Part shown: positions 10,473 through 19,900 of the stretch, in pieces
How positions within the stretch are numbered: position 1 is the stretch's first letter
Layout: every line of letters starts with the position of its first letter
Program-made: the position numbers and the translations under genes
Virus record (IMG/VR): IMGVR_UViG_3300050821_012250
Coordinates: 1-64,000 of that record
Strand: one strand, 5' to 3'
Source of the DNA: a virus
DNA: 64,000 nucleotides
Notes under the pieces: generated by a model
Told to the model about the DNA's origin: nothing
Databases searched by the model: none
What the model saw: the letters and a program-made list of their open reading frames with translations, nothing else

Positions 10473-11180
10473 CTAGGAAGCGATTGAAAGAGGGACGGAT
10501 TCGGGCTCAGGAACCTGGGTTGCCTGCAGCATCCCGTTTTTGACGCCATATTCCAGGAAGTTGCCTTCCCAGAATTTCTGACCGCGATGCGTGAAACGCA
10601 CATCGGCATCGATCCAGACGGATTCGCCGAGCGCGGTCCACTGGCGGCAGAAGAAAATATCCTCGCCCGTGAAATGCTTGTTCATATAACCGGTTTGGAA
10701 GTACGGCTTGCCGCTATCCATCGTGTGATAGTCGGCATATTCGGGATAGGCTTTGTCGAGTTTCTCAAACGCTGACCGTTTGATCCGCATGAACGCAGTC
10801 GGCGCCTCCAGCGTTTCGATCAAGCCGTTTTCGACTTTGCCGGTCAGTGCGCGATCGTGATAGGGCTTACCTTCCCAACGTTTCGGCACCAGACCCGCGA
10901 CGACTTCCTGCGGATACTCCAGGAATTTCTTAGTGGCATGGAAGTCCCAGCCCACATCGGAATCGATGAAGAACAGATCCGTGCAGTCGGTCTCATGCAG
11001 GAAGTGATGCACGAGCTGATTGCGTGCGAGATCGATGAAGCACATGCCGGCGACGAAGCGGGCCTGGACATGGATCTTATGCTGCGAGAGATAGATCGCC
11101 GTCGACATCATGGAGGTCTGATACTCGGCGCAGAAACTGAAATCGAAGGTCGGGGTGGCGAACAACACACGGGGTTTCAT
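10473..11180 (-). CDS. GT-A fold glycosyltransferase-like protein
   Basis: IDLARNQLV, LFFIDSDVGW (DxD), AFMRIKRSAF, GEDIFFC, WIDADVRFTH. Confidence 0.8.
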   Translation of the reverse strand: MKPRVLFATPTFDFSFCAEYQTSMMSTAIYLSQHKIHVQARFVAGMCFIDLARNQLVHHFLHETDCTDLFFIDSDVGWDFHATKKFLEYPQEVVAGLVPKRWEGKPYHDRALTGKVENGLIETLEAPTAFMRIKRSAFEKLDKAYPEYADYHTMDSGKPYFQTGYMNKHFTGEDIFFCRQWTALGESVWIDADVRFTHRGQKFWEGNFLEYGVKNGMLQATQVPEPESVPLSIAS

Positions 11181-11545
11181 TGTCGTGATTCTGATTTTTT
11201 GAGGGAGAGGATGGGACGTGACGGAGACTCCGTAGATGGGATCACCTCCTCGACATTCGATAGCGGCGCGACGGTTGCGATCTGGGCGACTGCAGGCAGA
11301 TCGTCAGGATGGTATTCGCAGAACGCGCCAGAGGGACGCATCATGCCAGGTTGCCACAGATAAACGACCGGCCGCGCTTCCAGTTCGCCGCGACGGTTCA
11401 GGTATGAAATGTTCACCGTGCCGTCAAAATTGACATGCGTGATGGTCGCGGCCAACGGCTGATTGTTGAGATCGTACGGCGCGTAGGCCGATGCTGCGAG
11501 CGTAGGCCAGAACCAGAGTCGTTTTCCAACGGTGGGTTGGATCAT
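11177..11545 (-). CDS. Hypothetical phage protein (PTVG-type N-terminus)
   Basis: MIQPTVGKRLWF...PLAATIT; ATGA-coupled to its neighbours. Confidence 0.55.
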   Translation of the reverse strand: MIQPTVGKRLWFWPTLAASAYAPYDLNNQPLAATITHVNFDGTVNISYLNRRGELEARPVVYLWQPGMMRPSGAFCEYHPDDLPAVAQIATVAPLSNVEEVIPSTESPSRPILSLKKSESRQ

Positions 11546-11769
11546 TCTGGGATGCCTTCAACCATATAGCGAACCAACGCTTCCGCTTGCGTGGCATCCA
11601 AGAGGTTAGTACCGCTGGGCTCGTGGCGCGCAGGAGGCTTGCCTCGGGCTGCGTTGTACTCAACGTTGTAATCAGGGTTGAAGCTGATTCCCGCGTCAGG
11701 CTGGAAGTTCTCAGGCAACCGCCATCCAAGGAAGCGATTCACCATGTGCTTGATTTGCTCGTCGGTCAT
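11542..11769 (-). CDS. Hypothetical phage protein
   Basis: GGAGGT RBS then ATG at 11769; MVNRFLGWRLPENFQPDAGISF. Confidence 0.6.
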   Translation of the reverse strand: MTDEQIKHMVNRFLGWRLPENFQPDAGISFNPDYNVEYNAARGKPPARHEPSGTNLLDATQAEALVRYMVEGIPE

Positions 11770-11781
11770 TAATTCACCTCC

Positions 11782-11806
11782 AAAAAAGGCCCCGGAGTAC
11801 GGGGCC
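11782..11806 (-). terminator. Rho-independent terminator
   Basis: GGCCCCG-tactc-CGGGGCC stem followed by TTTTTT on the minus strand. Confidence 0.75.
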
Positions 11807-11926
11807 AACGTGTGTCACCACTACGAGGAAAATGTGTGTCATCTCCAAGTTTGTCGTTACGATCTTCTCGGTCCACGCTTGGCGCCTGACACGGGCGGCA
11901 GTTTACAATCATGATTTGTTGTATTT

Positions 11927-12391
11927 CTACGATAAATCATATCCATAGACGTAAACATCGAACGTCGCGGCCACGCCAGCCAACGTTGTACCCACACGCG
12001 CATACAGCGTGCTGCCGGTCTGACTGGTGGTCGTTGCTGCGACAGTGCTGTATGCCACAGCCGTCGCATTGGTCACTGACAGTGCGGCAGCCGTGACGAT
12101 GGTTGTACCGCCGTTGTTGGTCGCCGCATTCAAGCTGAAGTAAGCGGTCGATACTGCAGTAGTGCTGGCATTCGCAGTCAGCACCGCTGAAACGACCCAT
12201 TTACTTGCATTGATCACGGGAATCGGCGTATCGGCCACCGCGTTTGCGTTCACGGCACGGGCTTCACCGAGAAGTCGAAGCGCATTCGAACCTTGGTAGT
12301 TGCCACCGTAAGTCTGTGTATTAACCGGCGTCAGCACTGCCAAAGAATTGGCATTTGCCGTAATCGCCGGGCCTGGATTGGTATCTGCCAT
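11927..12391 (-). CDS. Putative capsid decoration or minor head protein
   Basis: 154 aa, A/T/N-rich; first structural gene after coat and HNH; AGGAG RBS. Confidence 0.55.
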   Translation of the reverse strand: MADTNPGPAITANANSLAVLTPVNTQTYGGNYQGSNALRLLGEARAVNANAVADTPIPVINASKWVVSAVLTANASTTAVSTAYFSLNAATNNGGTTIVTAAALSVTNATAVAYSTVAATTTSQTGSTLYARVGTTLAGVAATFDVYVYGYDLS

Positions 12392-12411
12392 GGAAAACTA
12401 GCTCCTAAATG

Positions 12412-12434
12412 AAAAGGGCGCCGTGTGGCGCCCT
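12412..12434 (-). terminator. Rho-independent terminator downstream of coat/HNH
   Basis: AGGGCGCC-acac-GGCGCCCT followed by TTT on the minus strand. Confidence 0.65.
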
Positions 12435-12478
12435 CAAGGTGGTTGGTTGATCGGCCCTGTCAGGCCCGGACGAGAACA

Positions 12479-13330
12479 TCAGTCGGTAACGTGCTTCCAG
12501 ACTTTGCGTCTGCGGATGTTGGAAACGAGAACGTTGGAGATTCCATATTTCTGAGCCAAGATCTTCCCTTGCTCGATACTTTTACGGATTTCTCTCACAA
12601 TTTCCTCCGTGATTTTGCTTCCGATTCCACGTCTATGCGCGCCACCGCGAGGATTTTTAGCGATGTGGCTCACTTCTACGTGAGCCCAAGAAACTCTATT
12701 CTTGATGCTCGTGATCGTAGTAGCAGCCACTCCATAATCAGCCGCGATTTCAGCATACGTTCGTGAATCTGAGAGAATTTTCCTAACTTTCTCTTCATTG
12801 AGTTGGGCCAGATGAGAATTCTCTCCCGACTGATCATGTCGGCGCCCTTTCCTATTCATATCTGCATGGTTGTCGGCTACAGTTCCAAGCCACAAATGCG
12901 CTGGATTGACACATGTGGGATTGTCACAGGTATGACAGACAAGTTTGTCAGGAGGCACTGGCTTGCCACTATGTAGAGCAAAAGAAAATCGATGGGCTTT
13001 CGTATACCTCACTCCGTGAATTATTCCGTCAAAACGCCCATACCCTTGACGGTCCACGCAGTAGGTCCATAACCAACAGCCCTCTGTCTTTTTATGCTGT
13101 GCTTCGAATCGTTCGATGGCACTCCTGCCTCTGAACATCGCAGCATTCATTTTAGGTTCAAACGGCGAGCCAGATTTCCTAGCTCGCCGCAAATGCTCAC
13201 TGCATAAGCCAGAAGCCTTCACAGGGAGGTCGCACCCTTTGCATTGACACACGCTTACGGTTTCCACATTTCGTTCTCGGTTATTAAGACCGAGACATTT
13301 TGCCGAAAACCTTGGACGAATGCAATGCAT
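12479..13330 (-). CDS. Free-standing HNH homing endonuclease with two C-terminal HTH-like repeats (probable start GTG 13267)
   Basis: CWLW..GYG..AHR..VCHTCDNPTCVNPAHLWLGT..DN..DM..KGR; two LxEExVRxI...YG....I.....W.HV repeats. Confidence 0.9.
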   Translation of the reverse strand: MHCIRPRFSAKCLGLNNRERNVETVSVCQCKGCDLPVKASGLCSEHLRRARKSGSPFEPKMNAAMFRGRSAIERFEAQHKKTEGCWLWTYCVDRQGYGRFDGIIHGVRYTKAHRFSFALHSGKPVPPDKLVCHTCDNPTCVNPAHLWLGTVADNHADMNRKGRRHDQSGENSHLAQLNEEKVRKILSDSRTYAEIAADYGVAATTITSIKNRVSWAHVEVSHIAKNPRGGAHRRGIGSKITEEIVREIRKSIEQGKILAQKYGISNVLVSNIRRRKVWKHVTD

Positions 13331-13362
13331 TGAGCTATTCTAAATCCCCGTGAAAACAAGCC

Positions 13363-14981
13363 TCATCCAAACACCCGGATCGCTAAGGACCTGTATAAAG
13401 AAGCAGGGCCGTAGAGAACATCACAGCGTGTAGGCTCTGAGTCGTTATTGATAGTGAATTGCGTCACCATCCGAATCGACATCCCCACATCCTCGTCGTC
13501 ATAAGCCCGCGCCGCGAACTCCACGCCCCGGGGCAGTGGCAGATCCGCGAAGGCCAACGCAAACGCGTACTTGTGGAACACCAACCCCTGCGGAGTCGCC
13601 GTGCTGGCGTACGCCGTTCCACCGTTGACCGTGATGGTCGTACCGGTGCCAGTCGGCGCCGCCGTGCAGTTCTGGAACTGGCCGGCGCTGATGATCGCGT
13701 CGCCAATCGTGAGCTGCAGATTGCCCGAGCTGTCACTGGTGTACACCCCAGTCAGCGGGTTGAACGTACCGTTCGTCAAACTCGCCGGCCCGTAGTAGAT
13801 GCCCGTCGTCGCGGCACCGTTAGGCGGCGTGATAAAGCCACCGGGCGGTAGTACCACGAATTGTTTCAGCGTGCGTCCATACTGCTGACGGCTCTGCGGG
13901 TTTACCGGATAGATACCTGAGAACTGGATCACATCACCGACCTTGATCACACCGGTCGAAGCCGTCCAACCTGTCGTCAGGATCGTGCCGTTCGCCGACC
14001 ATCCGCTCGTGAGCAGCGCCGTACCGGTCGGTGTCGCCGAGACCGTGGGCGTACCGCCCTGAGCACCGGTCGTGAACGACATGATGTTCTGATCCTCCCA
14101 CCAGTCCAATCCGGCGAACTCCTTCGCCACCATGCCGCGCTCGTTGAACTCGCTGATGCGCGCCTGAGGATTGAACAGACCCTTGATGGCATCCGTTGCC
14201 GCTGACATGCTGATGGGATCCAGCACGCAGTTCTTCTCGCCTTCGGCCGGGCAGGCCTCGGACGCCAGCACCGCGCGCGCATCGGAGAAAATCTTGTAGC
14301 TCGCAGGCTGGATGCCCGCGGTGCCCAAGGAATTCGCCGTGTTGAGCGTGCAGAACTGTGCAGTGTCGGAGTCAACCCGGTTCGCGACGGTTGCGACCTG
14401 AGGTTTCAGAATGCGCTGTTTGAACATATCCATGGACAGCGCCAGGTCCTGCGTCGTGAACTGCACATCGACGTGGAACTGGTAGTTGAGCACCACCGGG
14501 ACGTACTGCTCGAACGTGTCTTCCACGTTCAGAGGGGGGCCGTATGTACCGATGTAGCGGGGCGGACGCCGGACGTTAACTGTGTTGCCTATCTTGGCGC
14601 CGGTCTGTGCGAACTCGTTTGAATCAAATGTTAGACCAACTCAAGTTGGTCCGATCTTTCGATCGCTCTGATTCTCATCAGAGATCAGATCATATCTTGC
14701 TTCTTTCGAAGCCCCACCGTTTCGAGCCCGTTGGCTCTACTTCCTTTCGGAATGATCGTTGAGCGTTCCGTCTTATGACGGCTTCGTTGCTGATTGTCTA
14801 ATCCTGAAGATTGTTACCTTTCGGTACTTCAGGCTATAAAGAGTTTCCAGCAGTTAGATGGGTTTTGCGTCAGCATTCAATTTTACTGACGGTCAACGCG
14901 GTTAGCGATGACGAGTTCATTTTCCAACACTACCAACGCCTCGTTAGTAATGTAAGAAATCGTCAAAAGTTGCTGGACAAT
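13363..14981 (-). CDS. P22-like major capsid protein, spliced (exon 1 14981-14885, exon 2 14624-13363; 452 aa)
   Basis: Joined exons read ..LLTISYITNEALVVLENELVIANRVDRQ-Y-SNEFAQTGAKIGNTVNVRRP..., ending FHKYAFALA..L and RCDVLYG. Confidence 0.9.
14625..14884 (-). ncRNA. Group I self-splicing intron (260 nt, no ORF) in the coat gene
   Basis: 5' exon ends in U, intron ends in G; P1 CGTCAGT/GCTGACG with U-G wobble; P10 TTGAAT/ATTCAA; P AACTGCTGGAAA, Q AATCAGCA, R TCAACGATCA, S AAGATATGATC; P3 CCCATC/GGTGGG; removal restores the reading frame. Confidence 0.93.
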
Positions 14982-15024
14982 AGTCGCTGCTCCTAAATGT
15001 TTGTTTCATCAGGAACACCAACAC

Positions 15025-16239
15025 CTAACGCCGCTTACTCCGCGCTCTCTCCTTTTCATAAGCCCGCAGTTGCTTGAAATCCATCTTCGACGGATCAGTC
15101 ACCACGGTCCCGGAGCCTTGCGCGGAAATCGGCGTGATCGGTGGAGGCGCTCCACCACGCTCGGGTGCTTTCGGTGCAACTGGCGGCGGCACGACTGCGA
15201 CAGGCGCAGGCGCGACAACCGGAGCTGCGGGAGCCGGCGGCGGGGTCGGCGTTGGAGCCGGGGTGACCGCTGCAGGCTTCTCGAAAGCCAACTCGAGCTT
15301 GCCCACTTCGGCGACAGCCTTGGCGGGCGAGAGTTTTCGAATACGATCTGTGAAATCTGGGTGATTCGCCATGTAATAGGTGATATCAGCCCCGTAATCG
15401 CTCTCGGTGACGAACTGGAGCACCGCGTCTTGAACTAGAACATCTGTTGCGCCCACGACTTCCAGGAAATCGGGGTATTTGATCTGAGCTTTTTCAAGTC
15501 GGGACCGAAATTCGGCCTCGACTTTGGCACGCTCCTCTGCCTGTTTCTCTTGCGCGATTTTGGCGCGCTCTTGCTCGGCCGCATGAGCGGCTCGAGCGTC
15601 TGCAAACTGATCTTTCGCGTCAATGAACTTACTCCAGTCGACGACACCTTCTGGAGAAGTGAATTCTTTGATATCCGGTGCCTTCGGCGGCTCAGGCGCG
15701 GCTGGCGCAGCCGGCGCGGATTTCTGAGTCTTCGCGGACTGCAATTCGCGCTCGAGCTCTGCGGCACGGGCTTCCGCCAGTCGAGCACGCTCGAACTGGT
15801 TTTTGGCAAACGCCTCGGCGTCCTTGGCCTCTTCTTCCGCCGTCTTGCGCAGCGCCTCTTCCTGCTTCGCGATCTTGTGCCGTTTGCCCACCAATCGCCG
15901 CACACGCTCGCTTTCATCGGGCGCGGCGAGAATGTAGCCCTTGTCGTCCTCTGAAAGCCCGAGATACGGGTCCGGCAGGTCATCAGGGTCAACCGACGCG
16001 GCAGGCGGCACAATGGCTGCGGGAGCCTCTGGCGCTGGCGCGGGGGGCACTTCGGGCGCTGTCCCGGCCGTCGCATCGGGCTGCTTCGGAGGTGCCGGCG
16101 GCGGCGTAACGGCCACCGTAGTCTCGACCGGCGTCTCTCCGGGCAACGACTTGTCGCCCTTCACGTGGTTTTTGACCTCCGTGACGGCGCCGGTTTCGAT
16201 GAAATCTTGCAATCCAGAACTCGTTACAACTTTTCCCAA
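15025..16239 (-). CDS. Scaffolding protein
   Basis: Immediately upstream of coat; coiled coil, Pro/Ala linkers, ITYYMANHP, APPPITPI, basic C-terminal helix; TTG start. Confidence 0.8.
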   Translation of the reverse strand: MGKVVTSSGLQDFIETGAVTEVKNHVKGDKSLPGETPVETTVAVTPPPAPPKQPDATAGTAPEVPPAPAPEAPAAIVPPAASVDPDDLPDPYLGLSEDDKGYILAAPDESERVRRLVGKRHKIAKQEEALRKTAEEEAKDAEAFAKNQFERARLAEARAAELERELQSAKTQKSAPAAPAAPEPPKAPDIKEFTSPEGVVDWSKFIDAKDQFADARAAHAAEQERAKIAQEKQAEERAKVEAEFRSRLEKAQIKYPDFLEVVGATDVLVQDAVLQFVTESDYGADITYYMANHPDFTDRIRKLSPAKAVAEVGKLELAFEKPAAVTPAPTPTPPPAPAAPVVAPAPVAVVPPPVAPKAPERGGAPPPITPISAQGSGTVVTDPSKMDFKQLRAYEKERARSKRR

Positions 16240-16293
16240 GGAAATCTCCGCTCTCAGCCGCTAGGCTGCAAATTGACCGTATCCAAATCACAT

Positions 16294-16593
16294 CTACGCA
16301 TTCAACTGCCGTTCTTGGCGTTGCAACTCATCGTAGAAAAATTCCGTCAGACGAAAGCCGAGTGAGCCGCAATAACAAAGGATTTTCTGAGCCTTGCGCA
16401 TATCGCCAGTTTTCAGATCCCTATAAATTCCCCACCATGGCAACCGCAAATCCCACCAAATTCGACCGTCGTATTTTGAGCGGTGATATCGCAGAATCCA
16501 CCGATATTCTTTATGCAGATGTCGTTGAAGGTCTCTGTTGTGCTCGTAGGCCCGTAGCTCACGAAATGACATTTCAGATGGATTCTTTGTCAT
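16294..16593 (-). CDS. Small protein beginning with a copy of the scaffold C-terminal motif
   Basis: MTKNPSEMSFRELRAYE versus scaffold VTDPSKMDFKQLRAYE. Confidence 0.55.
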   Translation of the reverse strand: MTKNPSEMSFRELRAYEHNRDLQRHLHKEYRWILRYHRSKYDGRIWWDLRLPWWGIYRDLKTGDMRKAQKILCYCGSLGFRLTEFFYDELQRQERQLNA

Positions 16594-16951
16594 CACAACT
16601 CTAACTCGCTCTCGGCACAATGGCCGCAATTAACCAAAAATACGGACTATCACTAAATTCCAAAAGGCCGTGCAAATCACGCACAATTCCAAAACTATCA
16701 AGTATGCGACCCAACCAGGGATCACGCGAATATTCGTGTAGGCCAGCAGCGGCTTCATGGCGTGCTGTCGGATTTCTTCTCGGCCTTCTCAACAAATCGC
16801 ATGGCGCTCAAAGCAGCCAACACACCTTTACGAAAATATTCAGCGGCTTGGCCTCCGGGAAATGGATCACTGGGCAATCCGCAACGGCAGCAGCGACAAT
16901 CTCCGCCCGTCTTGAATTCCTCGCAATCGCAAACCGGACATTTGCCCCAAA

Positions 16952-19900
16952 TCATTTTTCGGCCTTCTCAGCCTTCTCGGCCGCATGTTCTGCGGCGACT
17001 TCAGCCGCCTCTTTCGCATGGCCGCCCTGCACGTGCGAATCAATGATCTTGCCCGTCGCGCCGATCTCAGCCACTGCGATGGAGGCTTGCGCTTTGGTGT
17101 GCGTGTCCATCGCGCTCGTATGCGCCTTCAATGCCGCATCATTCGCCTTGACCTGTGTCTGCTGATCGACCTTATACTTCTCCAAGGCGATCCAGTTATT
17201 CTCAATATTGGTCTTCAGCTTCAATTCTTGCTGCAGACCTTGGATTTCCTGTTGCGCCTGTTGCAACTGCTGCTGCATGGCCGTGACGATACCCTGCGCC
17301 TGTTTCGGCAGCGATTTGATGGCCTTGTCGAGACCCTGCGGGGTGAGTGGCGCGAGGCGATCGGCCAGGTCTGATGCACCGGGCCAGTCCATGTTGCGCA
17401 CCACGAGATCGGCGCCGACTTTAACGACCGGCTCGCCCAATGGTGTCCGCATGAGATCCAACATGGAATCGACCGCCTCCATGCGCTTGGTCTCAAAACC
17501 GGGGCCGGTATCCATCACGACATCGTAACGGCCCACTGTGAGGTCGTTCTTGATCTTCGCGACCGCAGGATCTATCGGAGGCTGTCCGAGCAGCGGCAAT
17601 TCTGCGCCTGCGCCGCCTTCATTCGGATCTTGCGGCTGATTAATGCCGACCACTTCCGGCACGCCATCCTCGCCGATGATGCGCTGCATGCGTGCTTCGC
17701 TGTAGTAGTACGGAATCAGGTCGAGAATGATGCGGCCGGTATGGCAGATCGACTTGGTTTGATTGTCGTAGTACTGGAAGTGGCCGATGTCACTCAACGC
17801 TTGGCGAGCACGTAAGGCTTTACCGGAAACGACCTGACCAGGCGCGTCCTGACCGGGCTCGTGCGGCATGCCGGCGAGGATCATCAGATCCTTAAGGGCG
17901 GACTCTGCAGCCTGCACAAAGCCCGCTGGAACGGCCACCGGCTCAACACGCTGCGGCGGTGGCAATGGCGTTTTACTGCCATCAGGTTGCTCGATAAAAT
18001 CGGGTGTATAAGTCAGCTTCGAATAGGGAACTTGATTGGCATCATTCCATTCCGGGTGACCATCGAAATGATTTGTGGTTCCCACCCATGGAGCACGCGG
18101 AGCAAGGGCGATTACCTCTGTTTCGCAGGTATTGTGAGTAGGAATCATCGCCTCGCCACATAGGAATAGATGCGATGGTGAATCGATAGCTAAACATTGC
18201 ACTGGCACCGATGCGATACGTTCGACTTTGTCGATGCGATGTCGATGCGTGCGCCGAATCTGTTCTGGCCGTTTACCAAGTCCTGCAAGCTTTCTGGCCA
18301 TACGAAATATCGGTTTTCGTGTGGTGAAGGAAAATTGATATGACTCGGAACATTTCGATTGATAGCCACCAGGCATTTCGCAAAGTCGCGCTGCGCGCTT
18401 AATGACTATAGCTTTTATGCCAATGGAACGAAGTAATTCAGCGAGTCCTTGTACAATTTGTAGATTTATATTTGTGAAACTGCATTGACCTGCAGCCGAC
18501 ACTGATCCATCAGTATCCATTAAACCCTGAATCAAAGCTAATCGTTGCTCATGCGATGCTCTCAAATATTTCTGAGGAATGTGCTTGCGACCTAGCAAGC
18601 CTTCTTCGATCAGTATTTGACGAATTCCATAGACGGAGAAAGTCGGGGCTTTTGTCTCATCTTTTTGCTTATGGCATGGGCCAACAGAATATCCACAGTC
18701 TGATAAATGTTTTCGCATCTCTTCAACATCATCTTTTCCGTGGCAGATGCTTGTGGAAACTGCTGTTCCATTTCCCAACCAGACGCCTAATAGATATGGA
18801 TCTAACGGCAAATCGATCTTTGGCAAATCAAGCGGTGCTGTGACATAAATGTAATCCTTTCGCGGTTGTAGATCCTTTGTTAGAACGGACTTCCTTAGCC
18901 ATTCAAAACTATGAGCATTGCGGGGTCCACGCTGCTCTACTGGCCATTCATGTTCACCACTAGCTATTACTTGGCTACCGTCGTCGAATGTGATGCGATA
19001 GCAATCCTTGTGGACGTAGATCGGACTTTTACCGAGTACTTTGCACGGTTTGCCATGCTCATTGAACAACATGTCGCCGGACTTGACTTCGCCCATCGTG
19101 GTCCAGCCGGTTGGCGTCGGCAATGGTGTATCCAATGACAGATGACGCCAGTAATTCACCATGCGAGCAACATCAATCAAATCCCGCACCATCCCCTTGC
19201 GCCGGATCTGCCCATTCAGATCCATCACGTTGCCTTCGCAACGCACGACTGGAATCCACTTCCCCGGCAGATCAACTGATTCAACAACCGTCGACCCGTT
19301 CAATCGATGCCATTCCAATTGGCGCCGATACGCGGGGCGGCGAATCTCATCGCCACGAAGATTCTTCGCGATCTGCTGCCCTTCCTTCATCTGACTCAGA
19401 TAAACGGACTCGCCAGAAGTGAGTTTGACTAGCGTGTCTTTCTTCTTGACGATGCGGAAATATTCCGCGAGCCGGATTTCCTCTTTCGTGCGCCATTCAA
19501 GGCTCATATCGCCTTGGCCACCATCACGCCATTCGGTTTCAGCTTCCTCGGGATACTTCCGCTCAAATTCCGACCGCTTCATGGTCTCGGTGATCAAACA
19601 CCACTCAGCATCCTCACCCGCCGGCAAAATAGAGCCGGGGTCCATGTAGACCGTGAACGGATTGCGGATCGGCGCAATCTTCAATTCCTGCTCAAAGCTA
19701 TCCTCCGCGATGTACTCCGACAGAATGCGCCAGTAACCCCAGCCCATCTTGACGGCGGACTCACCACCGATGTCGTAAGCCGTCGCCCCTTCCGAGCGTT
19801 GCTCGATGTGCCGGATCAGTCCGCCGATTTTCTGCGCAAGATCGACATCCGCGCCATCACCGACCGGATGGACTTTGATGCGCGGACGCTGCATGCGCAT

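Noticed and set aside
13363-14526. 387-aa coat ORF as listed in the track
   Set aside because: Artefact of the intron; the conserved N-terminus lies upstream, in the 5' part of exon 2 and in exon 1
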